Positions 55,944-64,000 of a DNA stretch of 64,000 bases are shown here, in pieces. Source of the stretch: Candidatus Eiseniibacteriota bacterium (GTDB taxonomy: Bacteria > Eisenbacteria > RBG-16-71-46 > CAIMUX01 > VGJL01). The first letter of the stretch is position 1. Each line of letters starts with the position of its first letter. A program made the position numbers and the translations under genes. Under the pieces are notes generated by a model. It saw only the letters and a program-made list of their open reading frames with translations, had not been told where the DNA came from and ran no database searches. The DNA lies in contig JAXDAY010000028.1 in assembly GCA_034679345.1 (NCBI GenBank), positions 232,665 through 296,664 on the forward strand. Direction: 5' to 3'.

Positions 55944-58340
55944 ATGACACAACCCATGCTTCTCACGGTTCACGGCCACTTCTACCAACCGCCACGGGAG
56001 GACCCTTGGACGGGGAGGATCCCCGTCCAGGAGTCGGCCGCTCCCTACCACGACTGGAATGAGCGAATCTCCGCCGAATGCTACGGCCCGAACGCCCGTA
56101 GCCGCGTCCTGGACGCGAAGGGGCGGATCGAGGAGATCGTCTCGAACTACGAGTGGATCCACTTCGACTTCGGCCCGACCCTCCTGCGCTGGCTCGAGAC
56201 CGAGGACCCGAAGATCTATCAGGCCGTCCTCGACGGGGATGCGCGCTCCGTGGAACGATTCGGCGGGCATGGAAACGCGATCGCGCAGGCCTACAACCAT
56301 ATGATCATGCCGCTAGCGAACTACCGGGATCAGCGAACGCAGGTGATCTGGGGACTGCGCGACTTCGAGCATCGATTCGGCCGCAGGAGCGAGTCGATGT
56401 GGCTCCCCGAGACCGCCGTGAATCTCGAGACCTTGCGGATCCTCGTGGAGTTCGGGATGCGCTACCTGATCCTTGCCCCCTCCCAGGCGCGGCGGATCCG
56501 TCCGCTCCAGGGGGGCGCCTGGACCGATGTTTCCGGAGGTAGGATCGACCCTCGGCGCGCCTATCGGTGGCGCGTCCCGGGCAGCGAGGAGAAGGGAATC
56601 GATCTTCTCTTCTACGACGGACCGATCTCCGCGTCGATCTCCTTCGAGCACCTCTTGCGCAACGCCTCCTCGCTCGCGGACCGGCTGCAGCTCGCGGGCA
56701 AGGCAGCCCCGGCGGGCTCCCTCGTCCATGTCGCGACCGACGGCGAGGTCTACGGCCATCACGAACCCTTCGGCGACATGTGCCTTGCCTATCTGATCAG
56801 TCGGGAGGCGCCGTTGCGCGGCATCGAGATCGCGAACTACGGCAGCTTTCTCGACCGCCACCCGCCCCAGCACCAGGTCGACATCGACTTCGGGGACGGC
56901 GGCGACGGCACATCCTGGTCGTGCGCCCACGGCGTCGATCGCTGGCGCCGAGACTGCGGATGCTCCGTCGGCGGCAAGCCCGGATGGAACCAGAAGTGGC
57001 GCTCGCCGCTACGGCGGGGGCTTGATCGCTTGCGCGATCGCCTGGTCGAGGTCTACATGGCGGGCGTCTCCGACCTCGTGCACGATCCGTGGGATGCCCG
57101 GGACGATTACATCGAGATCCTCCTGCGCCCCGACACCCGAGACGCGTTTCTGGCGCGCCACGCGCATAGGATCCTTTCGATCGAGGAGCAGCGCAAGCTC
57201 TGGCGGCTCCTGGAGAGCCAGCACCAGGCGATGCTGATGTTCACATCCTGCGCGTGGTTCTTCGCGGAGATCTCGGGCCTCGAGGTGCGACAGAACTTGG
57301 GCTACGCCGCCCGCGCGATCGATCTCGCCCAGCCGTTCGCCCGCGTCGATCTGGAAGAGGAGCTCCTCTCCAATCTGATCTCCGCCAAGAGCAACATCGC
57401 GGAGATCGGCAACGGCGCGGAAGTCTGGCGGCGCTTCGTCGTCCCAAGCCGGCGCTCGCCCTCGGGCGTCGCCCTCGAGGCGGTGGCCCTCGTGACCGCG
57501 TCTCAGGACGGCGCGCCGGTCCAGAGCCCGGCTTACGCAGTCGAGCTGCTCTCCTCGGAGGGACGGCTCAGCGATGGAGGCGTTGACGGCTCGTTGCGCG
57601 TGCGCGATCGCGCGACGACCGAGGAAACGATGTTCCGTTTCGCCGCGCGACGCGATGCGGAGACCCTCATGCGGTTGAGCGTTCGTGCCGAAGACTCATC
57701 GGAGGTCTATGAAGGACACCTCGAGGACCTGCCGTCTGATCCGAGGCAGAGGGTCGTCCGAGCCCTTCTGCGCGATGTGATGGAGCAGGAGGAGTCGCGC
57801 TTCGATGCGCTCTTCGAGTCCTCCAAGTCCTTGATGGAGCAGTTCCGGAAGATGGGGCTCGCTCTGCCTTCTGTCTTTCGGGCTTTGGCCGGAGACGTCC
57901 TGCGCCGCCGCGCCGATCGGATGGCCGAGGAGCTCAAGAACGCGCGCGGCGCGGGTCTATCCGCGGGCGGTATCCGCGAGGCGTACGAGGGTTTGAGGGA
58001 ACTGGCCGAGGCCATCGGGGTGCCAGCGCCCCATGAGCCGATTGCGCGGTTGATCGAAGAAGAGCTTGACGCCACACTCATGGATGTCCGACAAGTTACC
58101 GAGGCTGATGTCGCCCGCTGCCTCGACCTCCTGGGCACCGCGGAGGGTATCGGGGTCCCGATTCAACGGACCCGTCTGGAAGAGAGAGTCTATGCGCTGA
58201 TCTCGGCGCATCGTGAAGCGGTCGCCTCGCGACTTGCGGGCGGCGCGCTCGACGTGAGCGGTCTGGATCCCGAGACACTGATCCGTCTGGCGGAACAATC
58301 GAACTTGAGCCTGCGCCCCTGGATGGGAGCAAGGCCGTGA
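55944..58340 (+). CDS. Glycoside hydrolase family 57 protein with C-terminal DUF3536-like region
   Basis: N-terminus LLTVHGHFYQPPRE with catalytic-region motifs of GH57 (HVATDGEVYGHHEPFGD). Confidence 0.75.
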   Translation: MTQPMLLTVHGHFYQPPREDPWTGRIPVQESAAPYHDWNERISAECYGPNARSRVLDAKGRIEEIVSNYEWIHFDFGPTLLRWLETEDPKIYQAVLDGDARSVERFGGHGNAIAQAYNHMIMPLANYRDQRTQVIWGLRDFEHRFGRRSESMWLPETAVNLETLRILVEFGMRYLILAPSQARRIRPLQGGAWTDVSGGRIDPRRAYRWRVPGSEEKGIDLLFYDGPISASISFEHLLRNASSLADRLQLAGKAAPAGSLVHVATDGEVYGHHEPFGDMCLAYLISREAPLRGIEIANYGSFLDRHPPQHQVDIDFGDGGDGTSWSCAHGVDRWRRDCGCSVGGKPGWNQKWRSPLRRGLDRLRDRLVEVYMAGVSDLVHDPWDARDDYIEILLRPDTRDAFLARHAHRILSIEEQRKLWRLLESQHQAMLMFTSCAWFFAEISGLEVRQNLGYAARAIDLAQPFARVDLEEELLSNLISAKSNIAEIGNGAEVWRRFVVPSRRSPSGVALEAVALVTASQDGAPVQSPAYAVELLSSEGRLSDGGVDGSLRVRDRATTEETMFRFAARRDAETLMRLSVRAEDSSEVYEGHLEDLPSDPRQRVVRALLRDVMEQEESRFDALFESSKSLMEQFRKMGLALPSVFRALAGDVLRRRADRMAEELKNARGAGLSAGGIREAYEGLRELAEAIGVPAPHEPIARLIEEELDATLMDVRQVTEADVARCLDLLGTAEGIGVPIQRTRLEERVYALISAHREAVASRLAGGALDVSGLDPETLIRLAEQSNLSLRPWMGARP

Positions 58341-58374
58341 TACGGCATGGAGCACACGGGGAGGAATCCGAGTC

Positions 58375-60192
58375 ATGAGACCCGATGAGCTGAACGCGAA
58401 GTCAAAGAAGGATCTGCTCGATCTCGCCCGCAAACACGAGGTGCCGGGTCGAAGCGGAATGTCCAAGGAGGAGCTCGTTCGGGCGATCGCCAAGGCCACG
58501 GCCGCATCGGCCCCGAGATCTCCGGGCGCAGGCAAACAACCTGCGAAGGCTTCGAAGCCCGCGCCGAAGCGCGCCGCGGCGCCCGAGAAGAAGTCCCCGA
58601 GAGCGGAACCGCCTGCGGCGAGGCGCGAGATGCCCCCACAGGCCAAGTCCGCGCCGCGCCCCCCTGCGGCGATCCGGCCCGAGTCGCCTGCCGCCTCGCA
58701 GCCCCCTCCCCGGCCCGAGCCCCCGCCGCCTCCTCCCCCGCGTTTCCCCGCGCCGCCGCAGGGGCGTCCGGTAGCGCCGCCGCGTTCCCCACAGCGCCCT
58801 CCTTTCGATCGCGACTCCGGCCCGCGGCGCGGCGGTCCGCCGATCGATCCGGCGCTCAAGCTCTCCCGCGTGGAGGAGATCCGCAAGTCCTCGCCGGGAC
58901 GGGGTCCTCGACCCGGCCGCAGGCCCCACGAGCAAGGTCCGCGCGGAATGCGCGGCGGTCCGCCGGACGCGCGTCCGATGCGAGGCGGCGATCGCTTCCC
59001 TCCGAAGGGCGGCCCGCGGATCGGCCACGACCGAGACCCGAGGAGCGGCCACCTGGACGAGCGCGCGCTGCAAGCCCGCGAGCATCTGCGCCGGACGGGA
59101 GAGGCGCGCCACCAGAGCGGCTATACCCCGCAGTTCGACCGGACGCGCGACCGGGATCGTGACCGGGACCGCGGCCGCGGCCACGGCCGCGACAGAGGGA
59201 GGGACCGGGAGCGGGACCGCGACCGGAGTCGGCGCGAGCCGAGCCGGATCGAGCCGCCGCGGACGGCGCCGATTCCGGAGAGATTCACCGCCCCGGCGGG
59301 CGTGCCGCCGCAAGCGCCCCAGGCGCCCGAGCGGAGGCCCGATCTCGAGCAGCGCACCAGCCACCCGGCGGAGCTGCCCGCGGCCTACGGGATCGATCGG
59401 ATCGTGATGATGGTGCGCGATCCCTACTGGATTCACTCCTACTGGGAGGTCACCGGCGATTCGGTCAACCGCGCGAAGGAGCAACTCGGCGAGCGCTGGG
59501 ACGGGCACCGATGGATCCTTCGCGTGCGCTCCTACACCGGTGAGGGAGAAGCGCAACCCGGGACCGAGCTCTTCGACATCGACGTCAACCCGGATGCCAA
59601 GAACTGGTACATTCGCGTGCCGCAGACCGACTGCTCCTATGACGGCATGATCGGCGTCCTCACGCGCGACGGGACATTCTATCCGTTCGCGCGCAGCAAT
59701 CGGGTGCACACTCCCCGGGATACGATGAGCAGCGTTCTCGACGTCCAGTGGTCCACCACGCCGGAGGAGTTCGAGAAGATCTACACCCTTTCCGGTGGGT
59801 ACAGGATCGGAGCTTCCTCGGGCGAGGTCGGCGGGGAGAGATCGCGCGAGCGCGAGGAGGCGTGGTTCTCCGGGATGCTCGGGAGCATGGGCAGCGGCGC
59901 CCTGGGAGGCGCGCAGCGCAGACGCGGCTTCTGGTTCCAGGTCAACACGGAGCTCATCGTCTACGGCGCGACCGAGCCGGACGCCAAGGTGACGGTCCAG
60001 GGGCGACAGATCGCGCTACGACCCGACGGCACCTTTACGCTTCGGTTCCAGCTGCCGGATGGAGTGGAGGAGATTCCGTGCGTCGCCACTTCCGCCGACG
60101 GCCTGTCGGAGAAGACGATCACGCCCGTGGTGCGTCGCAACACGACTTCGGCCGATCGGGAGAAGACATCGAGCTCGGACCAGGTATCCTAG
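58375..60192 (+). CDS. Rho_N-like N-terminal domain / disordered RD-RG-rich linker / DUF4912 C-terminal domain protein
   Basis: N-terminus KKDLLDLARKHEVPGRSGMSKEELVRAI (Rho termination factor N-terminal-like). Pro/Arg-rich region with an (RD)n run. C-terminal DUF4912-like fold (IVMMVRDPYWIHSYWEV...). Confidence 0.6.
   Translation: MRPDELNAKSKKDLLDLARKHEVPGRSGMSKEELVRAIAKATAASAPRSPGAGKQPAKASKPAPKRAAAPEKKSPRAEPPAARREMPPQAKSAPRPPAAIRPESPAASQPPPRPEPPPPPPPRFPAPPQGRPVAPPRSPQRPPFDRDSGPRRGGPPIDPALKLSRVEEIRKSSPGRGPRPGRRPHEQGPRGMRGGPPDARPMRGGDRFPPKGGPRIGHDRDPRSGHLDERALQAREHLRRTGEARHQSGYTPQFDRTRDRDRDRDRGRGHGRDRGRDRERDRDRSRREPSRIEPPRTAPIPERFTAPAGVPPQAPQAPERRPDLEQRTSHPAELPAAYGIDRIVMMVRDPYWIHSYWEVTGDSVNRAKEQLGERWDGHRWILRVRSYTGEGEAQPGTELFDIDVNPDAKNWYIRVPQTDCSYDGMIGVLTRDGTFYPFARSNRVHTPRDTMSSVLDVQWSTTPEEFEKIYTLSGGYRIGASSGEVGGERSREREEAWFSGMLGSMGSGALGGAQRRRGFWFQVNTELIVYGATEPDAKVTVQGRQIALRPDGTFTLRFQLPDGVEEIPCVATSADGLSEKTITPVVRRNTTSADREKTSSSDQVS
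59141..59235 (+). repeat. Low-complexity (CGC/GAC/CGG) repeat encoding (RD)n/(RG)n run
   Basis: Encodes RDRDRDRDRGRGHGRDRGRDRERDRDRSRR inside the DUF4912 protein linker. Confidence 0.7.
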
Positions 60193-60216
60193 GCGATTCG
60201 AGACGGGAGCGAGGGG

Positions 60217-61815
60217 ATGGAGAAAGGGTACTTGTGCCTGGTCTTGCACGCGCACCTGCCGTACGTGCGCCATCCGGAGTTCGAAGCGTTCCTCGAGGAG
60301 GACTGGCTCTATGAGGCGATCACCGAGACCTATGTCCCGCTGATCCTCGCCTACGAACGGCTCCTCCAAGACCGCGTCCCCTTCCGGATCACGATGTCGA
60401 TCTCCCCGCCGCTGGCGGGGATGCTCGCCGATCCGCTCCTGCAAGAGCGATACCTTCGTCACATCGAGGAGCTGATCGAGCTCTCGGCGAAAGAGGTCGA
60501 GCGCACCCGCTGGATGCCCGAGTTTCAGCCGTTGGCCATCCGATACCACGAGATGTTCAAGGAAACGCGAACCGTCTTCGCGGATCGCTACGGCCGGAAT
60601 CTCATCAACGCCTTCCGCGCGTTCCAGGACGCCGGCGCTCTCGAAGTGATCACCTGCGGGGCCACCCACGGCTTCCTGCCGTTGATGGTGGGCAATCGAA
60701 ACTGGTGGCGGGGCCAGATCCTGCTTGCGGCGCGTGACTATGCGCGCCACTTCGGCCGGCCTCCGCGGGGGATCTGGCTTCCCGAGTGCGGCTATCAGCC
60801 GGGCGTCGAGGAGGCGCTGCGCGAGGCGGGAATCCGGTTCTTCTTCGTCGACACCCACGGGATCCTGCACGCGCGCCCGCGCCCCAAGTACGGGGTCTTC
60901 GCTCCTCTCATCACGCCGGCGGGCGTCGCGGCCTTCGGTCGAGATCTCGAGTCGTCCAAGTCGGTCTGGAGCGCAAAGGAAGGCTACCCGGGCGACTACC
61001 ACTACCGGGAGTTCTACCGCGACATCGGCTGGGACCTCGACTACGAGTACGTCCGCCCCTATCTGCATGCCGATGGCAACCGGAGCAATCTCGGGATCAA
61101 GTACTACAGGATCACGGGGACGGGAGACCACAAGGAGCCCTACAACTTCGACTGGGCGAGGGAGAAGGCCGCCGAGCATGCGGGAAACTTCATGTTCAAC
61201 CGCGAGCGTCAGGCGGAGCACCTCTTCGGCTTGCTGGGCAGAGCGCCGCTGATCACCGCGCCGTACGATGCCGAGCTGTTCGGGCACTGGTGGTATGAAG
61301 GGCCGCAGTGGATCGAGTTCCTGCTGCGCAAGATCGCCTTTGACCAGAAGTCGATCGCGACGATGACGCCGAGCGACTACCTCGAGCGATTCCCGACGAA
61401 CCAGGTCGCCGTGCCCTCGATGTCCTCATGGGGGTACATGGGCTACAACGAGGTCTGGCTGAACGACGCGAACCACTGGATCTACCCCCACCTGCACATG
61501 GCGGCGGATCGGATGGTGGAGCTGGCCAATGCTCATCGCCACGGAACCAACGGGAACCTCCTGCTCGATCGCGCGTTGAAGCAGGCGGCGAGGGAGCTCC
61601 TGCTCGCCCAGAGCAGCGACTGGGCGTTCATCATGAAGACGGGGACCATGGTGGGCTATGCGGAACGCAGGACGAGGGATCATCTGGCGAACTTCAACAA
61701 GCTCTATCACGACATCCGATCGAATCGGATCGACGAGTGGTGGCTCTCCTCGATCGAGCAGAAGAACAACATCTTCCCCGAGATGGACTACACGGTCTAT
61801 GCGGATCCGTCCTGA
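60217..61815 (+). CDS. GH57-family 1,4-alpha-glucan branching enzyme
   Basis: YLCLVLHAHLPYVRHPE N-terminus. Catalytic region GIWLPECGY...APYDAELFGHWWYEG typical of GH57 branching enzymes. Confidence 0.8.
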   Translation: MEKGYLCLVLHAHLPYVRHPEFEAFLEEDWLYEAITETYVPLILAYERLLQDRVPFRITMSISPPLAGMLADPLLQERYLRHIEELIELSAKEVERTRWMPEFQPLAIRYHEMFKETRTVFADRYGRNLINAFRAFQDAGALEVITCGATHGFLPLMVGNRNWWRGQILLAARDYARHFGRPPRGIWLPECGYQPGVEEALREAGIRFFFVDTHGILHARPRPKYGVFAPLITPAGVAAFGRDLESSKSVWSAKEGYPGDYHYREFYRDIGWDLDYEYVRPYLHADGNRSNLGIKYYRITGTGDHKEPYNFDWAREKAAEHAGNFMFNRERQAEHLFGLLGRAPLITAPYDAELFGHWWYEGPQWIEFLLRKIAFDQKSIATMTPSDYLERFPTNQVAVPSMSSWGYMGYNEVWLNDANHWIYPHLHMAADRMVELANAHRHGTNGNLLLDRALKQAARELLLAQSSDWAFIMKTGTMVGYAERRTRDHLANFNKLYHDIRSNRIDEWWLSSIEQKNNIFPEMDYTVYADPS

Positions 61816-63058
61816 CCTCGCGTTTCTCGGGGTCCTGCTCGCCGTCGTCGGGGCTCAAGCGGCCCTCGCCGAGGACCCGCCGGCCGCCGACCCCCACCGG
61901 ACGAGCTACCGCGAGCCGACGTCGCTCGAGCAAGTGATCTATTCGTTCAGGGAGGCCTTCCCCTACGCGCTTGCGGCCGACTCGACGGGTTACGGGACGG
62001 TCGAGCAGTTTCGAACGCTCCATCCCGATGCCTACTGGGAAGAGCAATTGCGCTCGCTCACGAACGAAGACGGATCGCTTGCCTGGCGAAGCTCGCAGGA
62101 GATGCTCGCCCTTGCGGTCCTCTACGACTTCACGGGGGATGCCTGGTACCTGCGGTGGATGGGTCGAATGGCCGATGCGGCGATGGCGGCGCGCGACGAC
62201 TTCACCGGCCGCAAGGACGAGGAGGGACGCCCCTCGCTCGCCTGGGGGAGCGGCCGCTACGGTCAGGGGGAGCGGCGCGTCTACCTGGTCCATTCGGGAC
62301 TCATCATCAACGCCATCCTGGAGTATTGCGCGCGAGCGCCGAAGCTCGCGGACTGGAGCGACGCGGACGAGAAGTCGCGCCAACAGCTCGTCGACCGCTG
62401 CCGGCAGACTCTTCTCTGGCACGACTACCAGCTCGATCCCGACTCCCACCCGGGTGAAACCGCCTACCTTGGAGTCCGGGAAGAGGGTGAGCGACGGGCG
62501 GCCTGGCAACCGTTCAACCGCCAGATCCTCTTCGCTCGGGACTTCTACCTTCTCTATCAGATCACGAAGGAGGAGGAGTTCCTCGAGCGCAGCCGGAAGC
62601 TCTACCAGTTCTTCCGAAACCGTGTCGAGCGGACTCCGTCGGACGCCTATGTGTGGGAGTACGAGCCGGCGCGATTCGCGCCGGGCCAGGTGAAGGTCGC
62701 CAACTGCGATGATGTCTCCCACGCCACGTTCACGATCGAACCGGTCTTGCATGCTTGCCGGGACGGCTTCGTCTTCGAGAAAGCCGACATGGCGCGCTTC
62801 GCGAGGACCTTCACCCTCTACGTCCATCTCGGGGATGGGGTCTTTCAGTCGAACATCGGCTGCACTCCGGTCTTCACGCCGCGGTACATGGATCGCCTCT
62901 ATGCCTGGCTTCCGCTATCCGAGGCCGATCCGCAGATCTACCGGCTGATCGAGCGCTTCATGGTAGGCAACGTGGCCAAGCCGGGGCCCCTGGCCATCGC
63001 CTATCTCGCGGCCTACCGGCCGAAGGGGATGAGCGGCGTCGACACGCGGATGCGGTAG
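61799..63058 (+). CDS. Hypothetical secreted protein (possibly alpha/alpha-toroid carbohydrate-active fold)
   Basis: Start at MRIRPDLAFLGVLLAVVGAQAALA (signal peptide), overlapping the branching-enzyme 3' end by 17 nt. Helix-rich, Trp/Tyr-rich. No confident family assignment. Confidence 0.4.
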   Translation: MRIRPDLAFLGVLLAVVGAQAALAEDPPAADPHRTSYREPTSLEQVIYSFREAFPYALAADSTGYGTVEQFRTLHPDAYWEEQLRSLTNEDGSLAWRSSQEMLALAVLYDFTGDAWYLRWMGRMADAAMAARDDFTGRKDEEGRPSLAWGSGRYGQGERRVYLVHSGLIINAILEYCARAPKLADWSDADEKSRQQLVDRCRQTLLWHDYQLDPDSHPGETAYLGVREEGERRAAWQPFNRQILFARDFYLLYQITKEEEFLERSRKLYQFFRNRVERTPSDAYVWEYEPARFAPGQVKVANCDDVSHATFTIEPVLHACRDGFVFEKADMARFARTFTLYVHLGDGVFQSNIGCTPVFTPRYMDRLYAWLPLSEADPQIYRLIERFMVGNVAKPGPLAIAYLAAYRPKGMSGVDTRMR

Positions 63059-63216
63059 GGACGGCGCGGGGGGGGCCAGCGCGCGCCCGCCCAGCGCGTT
63101 TCCTGGGATCGCCGCCGATCTGCTAGAGTCAGGAGGATGTGAGGACGCCCGGAACAGGCGGGGCGTCCTCCGTGTTCTAGGGCAGGCGCCCCGGCCGGGT
63201 GCGCGGGAGGGAACGG

Positions 63217-64000
63217 ATGACCACGCAAGCGACTACGGAGAACCTGAAGGCGGTCCAGGAGTGCGCGGAGGCCCGCGAGCGGATCGTGGGGGAGCTGCGC
63301 AAGGTGATCGTCGGCCAGGACCGGGTGGTCGATGAGCTCCTCACCGCGCTCTTCAGCGACGGCCACTGCCTCCTTGTGGGCGTCCCCGGCCTGGCGAAGA
63401 CCCTCTTGATCTCGAGCCTCGCCCGGGCGCTGGACTTGAAGTTCAACCGCATCCAGTTCACGCCCGATCTCATGCCATCCGACATCACGGGAACCGAGAT
63501 CCTCGAGGAGGATCGCACGACCGGCAGGCGCGCCTTCAAGTTCGTGCGCGGACCCGTCTTCGCGAATCTGATCCTGGCCGATGAGATCAACCGCACCCCT
63601 CCCAAGACTCAGGCGGCGCTCTTGCAGGCGATGCAGGAGAAGCAGGTGACCGCGGGCGCCGAGACCCTGACGCTCGAGCCGCCCTTCTTCGTCCTGGCGA
63701 CCCAGAACCCGATCGAGCTCGAGGGGACCTATCCGCTACCCGAGGCGCAGCTCGACCGCTTCATGTTCCACATCTCGGTCGACTACCCGAGCGAGACCGA
63801 GGAGCAGCAGGTTGTGACGCGGACGACGGGCCTGAGCGAGGCCGACGTGAAGCCGGTCCTCGCGGGGGCGGACATCATGAGGCTGCAGAAGATCATCCGC
63901 CGCGTGCCGGTCTCCGAGCATGTGGTGAGCTATGCCGTTCGAATCGCGCGCGCCACGAGACCTGAATCGGCGGGGCTTCAGTTCGTGAAGGACTGGGTGA
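63217..64000 (+). CDS. MoxR-family AAA+ ATPase (partial, continues beyond window)
   Basis: GGGAGGGAACGG RBS then ATG 63217. Walker A HCLLVGVPGLAKT, Walker B LADEINRTPPKTQ, sensor FFVLATQNP. No stop before the window end. Confidence 0.8.
   Translation, partial: MTTQATTENLKAVQECAEARERIVGELRKVIVGQDRVVDELLTALFSDGHCLLVGVPGLAKTLLISSLARALDLKFNRIQFTPDLMPSDITGTEILEEDRTTGRRAFKFVRGPVFANLILADEINRTPPKTQAALLQAMQEKQVTAGAETLTLEPPFFVLATQNPIELEGTYPLPEAQLDRFMFHISVDYPSETEEQQVVTRTTGLSEADVKPVLAGADIMRLQKIIRRVPVSEHVVSYAVRIARATRPESAGLQFVKDWV

Overview
High-GC (~68%) bacterial contig, almost certainly from a diderm. It carries a TolC-type RND efflux operon, Wza/Wzz/Wzy polysaccharide export genes, lgt, and a T9SS-type C-terminal domain on one secreted peptidase. 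The gene content suggests an uncultured lineage, possibly FCB-like, but that is a guess. Coding density is high and both strands are used. Because of GC bias the six-frame track contains many long spurious ORFs, so calls below rest on recognisable protein families, signal peptides and operon geometry (ATGA/GTGA overlaps).

Gene content, left to right:
- 103-5353 (-): polysaccharide assembly/export cluster (GT2, O-antigen-ligase/Wzy-like, Wzz-like, Wza-like).
- 5650-7361 (+): extracytoplasmic thiol-disulfide pair (thioredoxin-fold protein plus a MauE/DoxX-thioredoxin fusion).
- 7229-13756 (-): TetR-regulated RND efflux operon (TetR, TolC-like, membrane fusion protein, RND pump).
- 13829-21068: dinB; a DUF218 / hexapeptide acetyltransferase pair; a PfkB kinase translationally coupled to an ~850-aa secreted DxDGDG-motif protein.
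- 21379-25568: lgt-like, PSRP, alpha-oxoamine synthase, DUF1801.
- 25674-28797: a sortase flanked by two paralogous secreted proteins with LPATAT / PLATAG + TM + basic-tail sorting signals, plus an archaemetzincin-like metalloprotease.
- 21379-22089 and 29270-30444: two secreted proteins (one with four tandem Cys-rich modules) that share a conserved 15-aa C-terminal tail, PTEKxxWG[KR][LI][KR]x[LI]YR.
- 34050-36668: an M14 carboxypeptidase with a T9SS-type CTD.
- 36718-48017: RecD2-like helicase, TSUP, TenA-like, GT-C glycosyltransferase + TPR/beta-barrel operon, HD domain protein, S9 peptidase, AIM24, radical SAM.
- 48402-52827 (-): carAB.
- 52996-55813: ADP-ribosylglycohydrolase, GNAT, Fe/Mn-SOD-like.
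- 55944-61815: GH57 alpha-glucan cluster with an Rho_N/DUF4912 protein carrying an (RD)n repeat.
- 63217-64000: partial MoxR AAA+ ATPase.

The most notable items are the sortase system in a diderm background, the shared short C-terminal tag, and a candidate promoter-plus-terminator small RNA between the radical SAM gene and carB.
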